DNA of 64,000 bases from Geosiphon pyriformis uo1 (taxonomy: Eukaryota; Fungi; Glomeromycota), in contig JAAOMT010000379.1 of NCBI GenBank assembly GCA_016748015.1, positions 358,042 through 422,041 on the forward strand, given 5' to 3'. The position numbers and the translations under genes were made by a program. Each line of letters opens with the position of its first letter. Positions within the stretch are counted from its first letter, which is position 1. Positions 41,176 through 55,887 of this stretch are shown here, piece by piece. The notes below the pieces were generated by a model. It saw only the letters and a list, made by a program, of their open reading frames with translations. It was not told where the DNA came from and did no database searches.

Positions 41176-42520
41176 AGTTAATAAATAGCAAAAAACCAGT
41201 ATTATATAGCATTAAATAATCAAAAATATAATTCAACTTTAATAAGTAAATTAAATTAGTAAGAATTTAATACACAAGATTAGTTTTATAAATATTTTAG
41301 TCACTATTCTTTTTCAAAAGATAACAAAAAAATCTGAAAATAAAGGAATAGTCTATAATGTTAACAAAAAATAATACATTAATATAATTTATGCTTTATA
41401 TTAGTGCTCTTAGAATTTAATATCAAATATTAATTGTATTTTTAAGTAAATATTTATTTAATATACTTTACAAAAACCAAGAAAAAAAAATAAAGAAATT
41501 AATATTATTGTATTAATCTGAGTATGATTTAAGTATAAATGCTTTTTTATGACTTTGAAATGTTTTGCTTATATATTTTCAAAAAAAATCAATAATTAAA
41601 TTAGTAATTACATTAATAATTTGGTTAAGTCAATAATGAGATCAATAATTATATCAATAATTACATCAATATTTATATTAACAACTAGTTTTAAAAATAA
41701 GATGGTTAATTAGTGATATTAAAAATTAATACATATAACTAATTATAACCAAGTATATAAATAAAAGTTAAAAAGTAAAAGATTCAATAATAATATTATT
41801 TTTTTTAAAAATTAAGCTCTAACAAAATAAAATTATGCAAAAAAGTTTTAAAATTTCTATCTGAAATTTAATTAATTTGTTAAAATTTTTAACTAACAAA
41901 ATATAAAAAAGCTGTATAATATTAATTTTGAATTTAAAAGACCAAATTTTTATATAAGTATTTTAGCTTTTTTTGCTATAATCAAAATTTTTAAAACATT
42001 TAAACATATAATATTTATCTGAATTTTTAAAGTTGTTTTTTTTAAAAGCTTCATATTTTCAATAATTTTACCAAGTTTTTTATATAATAATTTTTGGTTT
42101 ATAGACAAAATTTTTTTTAATATTCTTTTAATTGTATTAAAAAATTTAAGTATTTTGGCAATTATGTATTCAAATATATTTTTTTTTATCTTACTGCTGA
42201 TTTTCTGTCTTTTTGTAACAGTTTTTTGAAAATTAATAACAGAATGCACTTTAATTTTGTCTTTAATTATTATTTGTTTTTCAGTAGTAAACAAAGTATT
42301 TGAATAATTTTTTATCTAATAATCATAAAAAATAAGAAAAAAATTTAAATATTTTGGTCAAAAAAATATTTTTTATACTAATTAAAAATATATTTATTTT
42401 AAGATTAGAATAATTTTTCTTATATCTGTTTTGGTGTTTTATTGATAAATACTATCGATATTACAATAACTAGTAATCAATCAAATCTTTTGTGATACTT
42501 TTTAATTTGTGTTGTTATTA
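41176..42520 (-). mobile_element. Second long copy of the LTR-like repeat
   Basis: Collinear with 31896-33285 over about 1.35 kb, including the 12-bp tandem array (~41590-41680). Confidence 0.55.
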
Positions 42521-42589
42521 GTAAAAAAAACAGAAATCATAATAAATAAAAAATAACTAATAGCAAAATAAAAAATTATTGAAAGCATA

Positions 42590-45500
42590 TAATATCAGAA
42601 ATTTCAATCTGTTTTACTTTATTAAATAACCAATTAAAATAGAGCATCTATGTTTTAATAGCTTATTTTTTTATAATACTTAATATAATAATTGTATTTA
42701 TCTAAATAAATAATTCAGCAAAAAAGTTTTTTGTAGTTCAGTTTTTTTTTGTTTTTTAATCAGATTAAAACTTAATAGTTAATATATATATTAAACTTTT
42801 TGTTTAGTAGATATTTATTTTAGTAATTGATAGATTATATTACTATTAAGCATTTTTATTTAGTTATTGTATAGTTTTTTCTGCTTGTTATAAGATTTTA
42901 CTATCATATATTATGATTTATTTATTTTTCTTCGTTTTTTTGTGATAAAACAGCATTATGAGAAACATCAAAAGCATTAATATAAAAAATAAACAGCTTG
43001 TTAAAGTTAAGTTGCTTTAAATTTAATTTAATAGTCAGTTTTTTTAAGAGTTTTAAATACTTTTTGTTGAAAAAAACTTCAATAATAATTAATATTTTTT
43101 CTTAAGAACTAAATAAAAAAATGTGCAATTTTAGGAAAATTTTTAATAAACTTTCAATAATATAAGGCTAGTGCAAAAAATTGTAATTCAGAAATATTTA
43201 TTAATTATTTAAGCTTTTATACTTTTTTGATATTTTTTTGAATTTGAAAAAATTCTATTTTTTATTAAAAAATGTCCTAAAAACTGGATAAATTGGTATC
43301 TAAAAAATAATTTAATAAAATTAATTTTAAGTTCAGTATTTTTTAAAAGATTAAAACTTTTTAAAGATGTTTTAAATATTTATCTTAAGGTTTTGAATAT
43401 ATAATTATATTATTTAAATATATAAAAACAAATTCTTGGTGTTTTTATTTAAACATATTGTTGATTAATTTTTAAAATATGGACAAAATATTAGTTAATT
43501 CAAAAAACATTACAATAAATCTGTATTTTCTATACTTTGTAAAAATATAATTTTCTTTTTATTAACAGAATTCATTTGTATTTATTAAAATTTAATAGTT
43601 AAATTAATTATTGTAAAATATGCTAAGCTTCTAAATTTATCAAGAATATTATTAACTTTAGAAAAAAATACATATTTTGTTTAATAATTGTATTTAGTTA
43701 ATAATAATCAACAAAAAATTGTAGTGTTTCTTTTTTTTGAATACTACTACAACAAAAAATGTTTACTTATTTTTGGTTACTTGTTTAAATGCAAATTTTT
43801 TTATTCAATTTATTTTTTTTAATAAATTTATTATTTTATTGATTCAATTAATAAAATTTTAAATAGATAAGTTGGATATTTTTGGTTTTAATTACATATT
43901 AAATTAAATTTGTTTGGCCAAAATTTTTTTTTAATATTATTAACTTATTTAGAATTAACAGATTTTTAATATTTATTTTTCGATTATTTTTACTAAGTTT
44001 TTTTGGTTTAATTGCTAAAAATTAAATTTCAGGTATTTTTTTCAAATATTTTTTATATTGTTTTGATTTTTTTATTTAAAATTAAATTAATTAGTTCTTA
44101 ATTCTTGAAAAAAAAAAACATAATTTATATTTATTACTAAAAAAGTAAAAAAAATAGTTGTACTAACACTATATATAAGAACTATATTATCAATAATTTT
44201 ATTTTGCTTTTTTTTTAGATTGTTATTTAAATATTTTTTTAAGCATATTATAATATAATCAATAAATAAGTTTCTATTAACAACTAATTCTTTACTGTTG
44301 GTTTATATATTATTAAAAAAATTTTTATTATTACTAAAAAAATAAAAGCCAATTCGTTTTTTTTTTTTTAAATTAGTAAAATTATTAAAGTTATTATTAT
44401 TGTTGTTTTATGACTGTTGTTATTATATTACTGTAAAAAAACAGTTTAATATTAACATTTAATTACAGTTAATATGATTTTACTATAAACTATAAGTTTA
44501 CAAAATGTATAATTCAAAAAAAATTTGTTTTTTTAACTATTAATTTTCAATAATTATAATATTATAAAATAAGTTTCTTGGTATATTAAATGTTAATATT
44601 CTAGTCTTTTATAAGTTTTTTAATTTTATTTGTATGATAATATTAATATTATACTAAAAACCTTTTTTTAATGTTATAATGTAAGTTATTTTTTAATTTT
44701 TAATTATTGTATGTGTTTTATATACTTCTTTTTAGAAGCTAAATTAAAATTTATTCATTGTTTTGGGGTTTTTTTTAAGGCTATTTTAATTATTTAATGT
44801 GTTTTTTTAATCTAAAAACATAAAATATTAAATGTTTTTAGTGTTTTTTTAATTCTTACAATAAAGCTTTTTATTAAATTTTAAAACTATAACAATAGTA
44901 TAATTTTTTATTTTTGAAACTTTTATATTAGTTTTAATATATATATAATTAATTTTAATAAGAATAGTTTTAATAATTTCTAAGCTTTTTTTTTGTTTTT
45001 ATAAATATTAATTATAAGTTTGATTAATAATTTATTGACTTTTTTTCTAATTGTATTTAAAAAATATTAGATTATAATATTAATTAATAAGTTATTATCT
45101 AATATTAGATTTAAAAAATATTTAGCTTATTTAATATATGTGACTTTAGTATTGTTTATTCTAATTTAAAAAATATTTTTTTGTCTAAAATCTCAATTTA
45201 AATTAATAATTTTATTAAAAATTTTGGCTTTTCTAATATAATTAATAGTTCTATTAAAAACTTTGGCTTTTCTAATATAATTAATAGTTCTATTAAAAAC
45301 TTTGGCTCTTTTAATATAATTAATAATACAATTGCTTATTTTTTTGATTTGAATTTAAGTATAGAAATAGAGATCTATGGTTTGTTTTCTTTAACTTTGG
45401 TTGAGATGTAAATTATTGTATTGGCTCTTGAATGTGTTTTGGTTTCTTTTAATATTATAATTTTTTCTAATAGTTAAGCTTTTATAAATGTGTGTTAAAA

Positions 45501-46687
45501 TAAATTGAAATTAAAAATACTTAATTTTTATAATAGGTGTTAGATTAAACATCATTACATTAGTAATTTGGTTAAAAATAAGAGCATTTTTATAAATTAA
45601 ACCAAAATAAAAAGCTATTTTACAATAGTAGACAATAAATATACTAATAGATTGACAAATTAAACTACTTTTTTAGAGCTTGTTTTTTCAGTAAATATTA
45701 AGAAAAAGTTTTTGTTGGCTAATAACAAGATAATATTTAACAATGTTTAACATTTTATTATGATAGTATATAATATTATAAAACGTTTTTAATAAGAAGT
45801 TAGATCTGGTTTTAATATAATAAATTTTTTATGTATTAATAATATTAATTAGAAGCTTATTGTTTTAGTTTAGCATTCTGATTCTTACAAGATTGTTAGA
45901 TATACAAGCAAATAAACTGATAGTCTATATATATACTTGATAAAAACACTATATAAAAGATTGCCTATAATTGTTAAGAAGTATTTATATAACTATGATT
46001 ATTTAAGCATATTGTATATATACTGTAATAAAATAAAGTCCTCAAATCATAGTTTTGTTTGCACTCTGAATTTGTTTACTTATCAGAAATTATTAAATAA
46101 GTATTTTTTTATGTAAAAGTTCTTAACTAATACAATTTTGGTTTTGTTTGCAGTTCTTCAATTATTGGTTTTATGTGTTTTTGATATAAGTTTGTATATA
46201 GTTTTATATAAGAAATATGTGTTTGAGAATTAATTAAAAGAAACCAAAACTTTTTTCAGAAATGCTAATTTAGTCATAATTAAATTGATTAAATTTGTTT
46301 AAAATTTGGTGGTTGGTTATAAAAAATAAATTTAAGTATTTAATTTAAAACTTCGGATAGACATAGATTATAAAATTTTGTTAAGTAAAAATAACTTCTT
46401 GTTTAATATTTTTTATAGCTTTTTTGCTAAGATTTTAGGTAATATTATTTGGTTGTTGAAGATTAAAAAGAGTTATATTATTAGTTTTGATTTAAGAATA
46501 GGTTATTTGTTTTTTAGTAATGTAAATAAAGAAGTTCTTGTTAACATAATTATATAGTATAGTCTTAATTGGCTGAATAACTGGTCACATATAGCAAGTA
46601 TATGAATTATATTTAATTTAGAACTTTAGATAATTGTATTATATTAAATAGTAATTAAGCTTTACTTGTAAATACAAATAAAAAAAA
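42590..46687 (+). mobile_element. Fossil LINE (copy D), almost stripped of G and C; 5' boundary approximate
   Basis: LTLVEM*IIVLALECVL (~45390-45440), LV*HSDSYKIV (~45870), LPIIVKKYLYN (~45970), SNHSFVC (~46050). The family 3' UTR (CTGGTCACATATAGCAAGTATATGA) is at 46570-46690, followed by an A-run. Confidence 0.75.
45201..45317 (+). repeat. Tandem repeat, 3 x 39 bp, inside the fossil RNase H region
   Basis: Unit AATTAATAGTTCTATTAAAAACTTTGGCTTTTCTAATAT at 45201, 45240 and 45279. Confidence 0.85.
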
Positions 46688-47440
46688 TTTTTTTTTATAA
46701 TTATATCTACTTAAAACTTAACAATAATTGAGTTTAAACTTAAAGTATTATTAATAATTAAATAATTTAACCAATTTTTCCAAAAAAGTGTTTTAGAATA
46801 TTTAAAAAATATAATTTTTATTAACAATAAAATTATTTATATATATAAAAACAGCAAACTTAATATAATAATTCAAAGCAAACTAGAATTTACAAAGTTT
46901 GACAACATAATAAGTTTTTTAATTTTAAATAAAATAAATTTAATAATATTTACATTAAAATTTATATTTAATATATTTATAACAAATATAATTTTAATAT
47001 TATTAAAGCATAATTATATTTTTAATAATAATAAAATCTTAATATTAGGTTTCAAATATATTGTTTTAATAATTTTAGAAATCAGAAGTTTAAGATTATA
47101 ATATTATTAACAAATCTTAAAATAATAACTTTTTAAAAACAATCTTAGTTAATAAACATATTAATAATCAAATAATACTTTATATTTAATCTAAGTTTTT
47201 AGTTTTTTTGTGTTTAAAAAAATTTTCAAATAAATTACTGTCTTAAATAAAGTAACATTCTTAAATTAATTCTATTTAATATTATTTAAATTTTTAAAAT
47301 TGTATTTTTAACACTTTTTATTAATCTATTTTTACAGAAAAGTTAATTAAAACATTTAAAAACTTATTTAATTCTATACAAATAAATACAGTTTTGTAAT
47401 TAATATCAAAAAAATTACTTATATTATAAACTTTTTTTTA

Positions 47441-48289
47441 NNNNNNNNNNNNNNNNNNNNNNNNNNNNNNNNNNNNNNNNNNNNNNNNNNNNNNNNNNNN
47501 NNNNNNNNNNNNNNNNNNNNNNNNNNNNNNNNNNNNNNNNNNNNNNNNNNNNNNNNNNNNNNNNNNNNNNNNNNNNNNNNNNNNNNNNNNNNNNNNNNNN
47601 NNNNNNNNNNNNNNNNNNNNNNNNNNNNNNNNNNNNNNNNNNNNNNNNNNNNNNNNNNNNNNNNNNNNNNNNNNNNNNNNNNNNNNNNNNNNNNNNNNNN
47701 NNNNNNNNNNNNNNNNNNNNNNNNNNNNNNNNNNNNNNNNNNNNNNNNNNNNNNNNNNNNNNNNNNNNNNNNNNNNNNNNNNNNNNNNNNNNNNNNNNNN
47801 NNNNNNNNNNNNNNNNNNNNNNNNNNNNNNNNNNNNNNNNNNNNNNNNNNNNNNNNNNNNNNNNNNNNNNNNNNNNNNNNNNNNNNNNNNNNNNNNNNNN
47901 NNNNNNNNNNNNNNNNNNNNNNNNNNNNNNNNNNNNNNNNNNNNNNNNNNNNNNNNNNNNNNNNNNNNNNNNNNNNNNNNNNNNNNNNNNNNNNNNNNNN
48001 NNNNNNNNNNNNNNNNNNNNNNNNNNNNNNNNNNNNNNNNNNNNNNNNNNNNNNNNNNNNNNNNNNNNNNNNNNNNNNNNNNNNNNNNNNNNNNNNNNNN
48101 NNNNNNNNNNNNNNNNNNNNNNNNNNNNNNNNNNNNNNNNNNNNNNNNNNNNNNNNNNNNNNNNNNNNNNNNNNNNNNNNNNNNNNNNNNNNNNNNNNNN
48201 NNNNNNNNNNNNNNNNNNNNNNNNNNNNNNNNNNNNNNNNNNNNNNNNNNNNNNNNNNNNNNNNNNNNNNNNNNNNNNNNNNNNNNNNN
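47441..48289. other. Assembly gap (N run)
   Basis: Run of N. Confidence 1.
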
Positions 48290-49135
48290 AAATACTATTA
48301 ATTATTTTATAAAGTATTAATATTAATAAATTAGCATATTAAAATACAAAATTGTAAATAAAAAATATATATATATATTAATATTGAATTATATAATAAA
48401 ATAAAATAAATTGTTTTTTATATGTATATTGCAAATTTACTTTTTTTATTTAAAATATATTACAAAATTAATATCAGATATTTTATTAAATACTTATAAC
48501 AAATTATTAAAAATAAAAATTAATAATTAATAATTAATAAATAAAATAAAATTTTTGTTTTTTTTGTTATATTTTTGGTTATTTAAAAATTTTTTTAACA
48601 AATATAAAAACAAATAATATTATAAAATATAAAATGTTTAAATTTTAAAAAAATATTTTTTTTTCTCTTATATTTTTTATTATTTTATAAGAAATAAATT
48701 CTTTTATTTTGAAATTAACAGTTATTATTAGTAATAATATGATTAAAAAAAGTTGGCAAGAAGTTTTTTTATAATTTTATAAGTAATATACTTAGACAAA
48801 GGCAAAAAACTTTAATTATCAATATTAAATATTTAAGTAATAAATTTAATATAAATTTAACTAGGATTTTAAATAGTTTCTAACATAAAAGTTAATATAA
48901 ACAAAAAAATAAGCAATTTTTTATTAATTAGAGTAGTTATAATATTAATAGTAAAAAAAATATTTATAAAACAAAATAAATTAATATTAATAAAGTAAAT
49001 AGTTTTTTTTTAAATCTCTGAATTTAACATAAAAAAAATAACATTTTTTTTCTATTGTACTATTAATTTGAACAAAATTTGAATTAATTCCAAAATTATG
49101 AAAATATTTGTTAAAAAATATTAAAGTAAAAAAAA

Positions 49136-52100
49136 CTCTTTCTCTCTTACATCCAAAAAACTCCAATGAGTACTTTTCTGAAAAAGAAGTTTTTTTTATT
49201 TTTCTTGTTAATACTTTATCAACATTTCTTTGTCTAATAACTCTTTTGTTGTGGATTTGGAGGCTGCTTTGGGTGGCAACATGTCTAAAAAGAAGACACC
49301 TAAGGGTGTCTTTCATGATCTTGCTGGTGGTTCTTTTTCTCAAAAGAAAAAGGAACTTCTTGGCAATGTTAAACACTCTGACAATGAGAAAAACATATTT
49401 CTGAAGTCTGGTTCTAATACTGGTTCATTTTCTGATGTGAATAGCCTATCTGGTGATGATGAAGATGTTAGTATATCTGGTGATTTTGATGGCTCTCTCT
49501 TAGATTCGGCTGTTAATACCCCCAAGACTAAAAGGGTTAATACTGATGCAAATTTTGGTTCTCCTATTGGTTCTCCCAACTTTGAAATAGATAAAGAGGT
49601 AAAGCTTTTTCTGGCCCCACTCAAGAAGAAAATTTCTTTGGATAGGATTTGAGTCAATCCTAAGATAGTTAAAACTCCTGTGGAAGTGACTGTCAAGAAG
49701 TTTTTTGCTCTGGATATTAATTTCTCAGCTGTGAAAAGAAATTTGGCTACATCAAAGACCCAGTTGATCAGAAAACTTTTTTCAAAAATCAATGGTTTTG
49801 GGGGGACTACTATACCCTCAAAATTTGAAGAGATTATTTGATTGACGTTTACTTCTGAAGAAAGCATAAAAAAAGTCATATCGTTGGCTGCTGAGAATAG
49901 GATCAGCGTAAACAGTGATCTTAAAAAACAAGGAGTGTGTTCAGATCAGGCTGTGGTTATTAAAAAAATTCACATGAATACACCAAAAGATATGATTGTC
50001 GCCACGGTCACCGAGTTTGGTGAAATTAGGTCGATTAAAATTCAACTGATTGGCATGTGGCAAAAGACAGTAATAGAATTTGCTGAATTGGATTAGGCTA
50101 ATTGTTTGGCTCTCAAATGATCATTCTTAATCAAGAAAAATTCTGTGCGCATGGCTAAAGCTGTGGGAGATCGTGATATCTGGGCATCAAGGGATTAATT
50201 TAGGGCGCTTTTGTTTACTTTGCCAGTAGAGACAACAGTGCATGATCTTGTCTCACTTTTAGAAGCCGCTGGTGGAAAAACTTGCATCATCAACTGGTCA
50301 TTAGAAACAGGTAATAGATTTCGCTGTGCAGTGGTTGGTTTTGGCTCTGATGCCGAATTGGAATCTGCCTTTTGTACTGAGCCTATTCTTAGTGATGTTT
50401 GACTTTTATGGGCTAGATTGGTTCAGTGTGGAAAGTGTGGGTATTTTGGTCATTCAGCTCTAAAGTGTGATGTGTTGGATGTGTTATCTCCTGGACTCTT
50501 GCCTTCATATAAAAAATCTTTCTTTGGTGTGAATTGTCTGCAGTTGGCTCAACTATATGCCAGAAAAAATGTTCCTGTTTCTTGGCTGGCAGCCTTTGAT
50601 GGCAAATCTTGGACTTAAGTAGTCTCTTTTGCTTCCTCAGCTGGCCGTCAATACTTTGTTTCTAGTTCCAGTTCTGGTTTTCTCTCCTCAGATAACTCCA
50701 ATTTGGGTGCTGGCAAACCTATCTTTCCTGTTGACAATTTTTCTTTGGGTTCTCATTTGGTGGTTTTGGAGTGCTCTATGGAGCTTTTGGCAGATCAGGT
50801 TTCTGACTTGGTGTGTAAACTTAGCAACTTGGACTTGATGCTTTTAGGTCTATCTCTATCATCTGGTGTTGTAGCTCTTTCTTCAGTTTTAGGTTTGGAT
50901 TTTGGTGCTGATATGGTTTTGGATGATTTTGTAGAGGTCTTCCCATCTCCTTCTGGTAGTCTGGGTTTGGGTCCTAGCAGTTCAAAGATTTTGACTTCCA
51001 AGGTGGGTCTCCTGGAATCCAAGTTGGTGGCTTTGGAGGTCTCTATTGGTTTGGTTTTGGTGAAGTTAGATCTGTTGTGTGCTGGTTTGGGCTCTCATAT
51101 TCAGTCTTCTTCCCAATAAGCAATTTGATCTGAAAATTTGCTACATGCAACATTTGTGGCATTAATGTGCTGGCTAAGCAAAAAGATGTGGTGCATTGGC
51201 ATGTGGAATCTGGGAATATGGTTTCAATAATCATGGATCAAGAACAGATTTGATGGGATGCATGTTTTTACTTCTGGTCTTAACAAAGGTTTTTTGGGGG
51301 CTGGGATAGCAATTATTATGAACAATTCTCTCGCTTGGCATGTCTCTAAGGTGGAAGAAATTCTTGGTTGTGTTATTTTTGTTCATCTCCTTTTTAAAGA
51401 CAAAGTTTCTGTTTCGATTATTGGTTTGTATACTGGCGTCTTTTCTGGTGTTAGATTTGGTCTTGCTTCTGAAATCAATTCCTTCTTGGCTCATGTGGTC
51501 AACACCAGTAGTTTTGTTGTTCTGGGTGGTGATTTCAATGAGGATGGGTCTAAAAAAAGTGCAAGCTTTGGTTTCTGTTTAAGTTTGAGTCTGGTCAATT
51601 CTTTTGGTGGTCACTCCTTGGTTGGGGTGCTCATTTGGAGTAACTCAAGAGATGTAACCAAAGTTATTGATTACATTTTTGTTAGTAAGTGTCTGTTGTC
51701 GGCCATGGCTAGGCGTAAGGTTGACTCTGTGTCTGAATTTTTTGATACTGATCACTTGGCTGTTTTGGTTTCTGTTGGTTTGGGCAGTTTTTTGAATGCT
51801 CACATAAGTGGTGTATGTAAACAGGCTAATAGAGATCAGTGGAAGTTCAAATTGAAAAGTGTGGATGATACTGGATGGAATCATTTTAAGGAATGTTCCT
51901 CAAGAAAGTTAATGGCCAGGATGGTGGAGTTTGCTGATATAGAACGTAGTGGCAATTTGAATGCAATGTAGGAGATTCTCAAAAAGGCAATGGTGGATTC
52001 TGCTGATGCTATTTTTTCCAGGCTTTGGTTCAGTGAGTTTGATTGTACGAGAAATAAACTTTTGTCAAGGTTTTACAGGTTAGAATTGCTAGTGTCCAAG

Positions 52101-55100
52101 ATTGCCAAAAATTTGAGCTTGGGTTTGTACTTAATGGCTGACCACTTGGTTGATATTTAGATGTCTGTTGATGAGGAGGAAGCTTCTAAGATCCGGCTTA
52201 TGATTAATGATAAGATTGAGACTATGGTCATTCTGCATTACATCTCAGTTGTCAAAAAAAAATATTGATAATCCAAGTATTATGAGTTCAAATTTGCTAA
52301 GGATAACTCTATCAAGGATGCTGTGAAGAAACGCATGGAAAATTTTTGTTTGGACAAAGGAAGAATGATTAAGAATATTTTGGATTGGCCTTTTAAGAAG
52401 GTTGTGCTAGATTACTTAATTGTTAATGATGAGCTCATCTTGGAACCTTTGGAGGTTAAGACTTTTATTGACACAATTATGGAAGGTTGGACAAGGAAGT
52501 GCCTGGACTTTAGTGTTAGTACTGGTTGCTGGTCTGATTAATATGCTCCTTTGAGTTACGTCAATGATGGAGCTTTCTTGGGTGTTATGGATGTTATTAA
52601 TATGAGTGAGTTTTTGAAAGTTGTTGGAGATTTACCTGATAAGAAGACTGCTGAACTTTCTGGCATCCCTAATGAACTCTGGAAGCATGGTGCCCCAATT
52701 GTTATTGATGGTTTCTTGCGGATTTTTAATATGTGTTTGGTGTTTACAATGGTTTCCGACCTTTGGTGAAAATCCTGGGTCTCCATGATTCCTATGCTTT
52801 GTGATTGGAAGGGTGCTTTAACCAACACTAGACCTATAACTTTAATTAAGACTGCCTGGAAGATCTTGTCTAAGATCATTTCTGACAGAATTGTCTCAGC
52901 TTGCAGCAACTTTGACATTTTGCGTGGTGACAATTTTTTGGTATTGTGAGACACTTTCACACAAACTCCCATATTCACTATTGGTTTGGTTGTTGAGGAT
53001 GCTCTAGAGAAGAACAGGGAGTTGTGGCTGGTTCTTCAAGATATGCACAAAGCATATGACTTTGTTGGTTGGTCTCATTTGCTCAGTAGTCTAGTCAGGA
53101 TCAAAATGTGTCCCTGCTTTATAAAATTTTTTGGAGGCATACAAACAATAGGGTCAATTGGATCATGATGGATTTTGACTTGACTGATGGCTATGTTGTG
53201 CATGATGGCTTAGATCAAGGGGAGGTGTTTTCACTACTGTTGTGGAGGATCTTTTATGATCTACTGCTCTGTAAGGTCAAAAAACATAAACAATTGTATG
53301 GTTACAGGATGTGCTCTAAGTTTCATACTAGATCTGGGAAATCTGACTCTAGAAATGTTTTAACATCCTATTTTGCTGCAGGTGCCTTTGTTGATGACAT
53401 GATCTAGGTTGGAAACTGCTTGACAGCTACTCAACAGATCCTTTACATTGCCAGCAAGTTTTTTTCTTTTAATAATATCTCCATAAACACTGAGAAAACA
53501 GTTGCTATTCCTATTAATCAGGGCGTTTGTGAGGCTGTTTTGCATATTAGTGGTTCGAGAATTTCAGTGGCCAAAAAAGGTGAATTTTATAGATACTTGG
53601 GCATTTTTTTGTCGATTGATAGTTTAGCCAAACCTAGTTTATCTAAGGCCCATGATAATGTGAGGTTTTTTTTGAATGTGATTCTGAGAAAAACTATTAC
53701 CGAAAAGCAATTCTTATATCTGGTTTCTGTTGTTTTACAACCTATTATTGGATACTGACTTCAGTTCAGCTTTGCTTCAAAGAGTGTATGTGGTAAATAG
53801 GACAGTATGTTGCAAAGAGTTCTTAAGCTAAAGACTAATTTGCCTAAGAACTTTCCTAATGAAGTACTTCACCATCCTGAGTTTTATGGCCTGAGAACCT
53901 TTGAGCAAGTGCTTACTGAGAACCTGATGGCCAACCTGGTAAAATTTTCTAATTTTGGTGGGGTTCTTAGCAGATTTTTTGATCACAGGACTATGAATTT
54001 GCAATTGGCTAGTTAGATGCCCCAGCATCCTCTCTTTTTTCCAGTCCGGATACCTATTTTGCCTATGAACTGTTTTCTGGCTGGTGCTATGTGTGCTCTC
54101 ATGTTAAGCAATCTGTCTTTGAGTGGTACTTTTCCCAATGTTTTTTGTGCTGGAACCAGCATGCCTATCTTAAATGTGCTGGGCCTGAATAAGTACCTAA
54201 ATGTAGTGAAATCACTCAAATCTTATGGTTTCATTTTTACTGCCCAAATGTTGGATCATTATGACGTGTGTTTCAGTTAGTGTGCTTTTCACAAATAGAA
54301 GAGGCTTGACCTGAAAGATCCAGTCTTTGCATGGTTCGTGTCGCTTGCCAATTTTGTTGAGGATGGAGCTCTGACATTACACTTGACTCAAGTAAACTCT
54401 TTTTATGATGTTGGTTTTGTTGCTGAACATTTGATTGCTTCTGGAAGCAACCCTTTTAAGGTCTACACTGACAGTTTCATCAAGAGTTTTGGCTCTGTTG
54501 ATACATATGGTGGCACTGCTGCCTATTTTCTAGATGCCAATGTTAGTATTAGCGTGTGTGTTCATGGCTTGTTGTCGTCAACGTTGGTTGAACTGCATGC
54601 TATTGCTTTGGCTTTGGAGTGTGTGCCTGCCTCTAGTTCTGTAATCTTATCAACTGACAGTTAAGCTTTGCTAGTTATGTGTGATTTTGGTTCGAGTGCA
54701 TCTGACTCTGATTTTCATCACAGATGCTGAATCGAGAGAGAACATATTTGTCATTCCATTTTAAGTAAGAACTTATCAGTCACATGGAGAAAGGTTAAAA
54801 GACATTCAAGGGTTGTCAAGAATGAGCGAACTGATTTTTATGCTAATGCTGTGGTTTGTTCTAAATTTTTGTTGCCTCTCAACGTGCTGTATTATTTCCT
54901 TTGTGTTGAGAATAAACCTGTCTCTGAGAATGTACATCACTTCGTCAAGACTTTATTTGATTCGATAAATTATGTCGGATGGGAGTCTAAGTGTATGGGT
55001 GGTGTTGTTGGAATAGGTGCTTTTGCCGATATTAATATGAGCAAGTCTTTTAGGGTTTAGCATCCTGATGGTAAGATTTGATCAGGCTTCACTAGTTTGT

Positions 55101-55887
55101 CTTTGGCTTTTCTGCATTCCTACTTGTTAAAGGCTCTGCACCATCGCCTGCTGGTTGCCGTGAAAAAGAGACTTTATGATCCAATGTATCTTAGTGTGCT
55201 GTGCATTAGATGTGGTATAATCAAGGATTCTGACCATGTGTTTCTATGCGCTCATGACAACAATGCCAAAAAAAATTTATTGTCGGCCACTCGTGCTGAT
55301 TGGAGTGTGTTGGTGGGTGCTTCTGCTGTTAATAGTGTGGTTGCTTATTTGTTGGGTGATGCTGTGTTATCTGGGAATTTATATATGCTGCTGGCCAAAA
55401 GGTTTGTGTTAAAAGACTGAGTGGCTGATACTGTTCGGCGTTTTGGGTCTGAAGCTGGTGGCAATTTGATCATTAGGTTAGTTTGTAGTATTGCTGAGGG
55501 TCACCGGTCCAGTATTTGGTTGCCTGCAGCTAAACTGAAGTCATTTTATGAGAAAAACAATATTCTACCCCAAGATGGATTAGTTGTTTCTTCGGTTGCT
55601 GGTTTGTTTTTTTTTCGGTCTGTCAAGATCATCCATAGCTTTGGTGTTAGGTTGGACATTCACGTGTGTTTTGATTTATACCCTCATTTAACTAGCTTGA
55701 GTTTTGGCTTTCTGAGTCATTTTTCTGTAGCCATCCCTATAAGTGCATAGTGCTGTTTTAATTGGCCCAAGTGACTGGTCACGTGTAGAAAGAGCATAAG
55801 CCATGTTTAATTTATGATCTTGTTTGATTATATGTATTTAGATAGTGGTTGGGCTGCATTCGTAAAACTCTAATAAATAAAAAAAAA
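49136..55887 (+). mobile_element. Full-length LINE (copy B), inactivated; same subfamily as A
   Basis: ORF1 ~49230-51119 (CGKCGYFGHSALKC). ORF2 51116-55750 (GGDFNE, LQDMHKAYD, GLDQGE, FVDD, YTDS, ELHAIALAL, CIRCG...DHVFLC). A short deletion removes TETKL near 51232. 3' UTR and A tail present. Confidence 0.95.
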
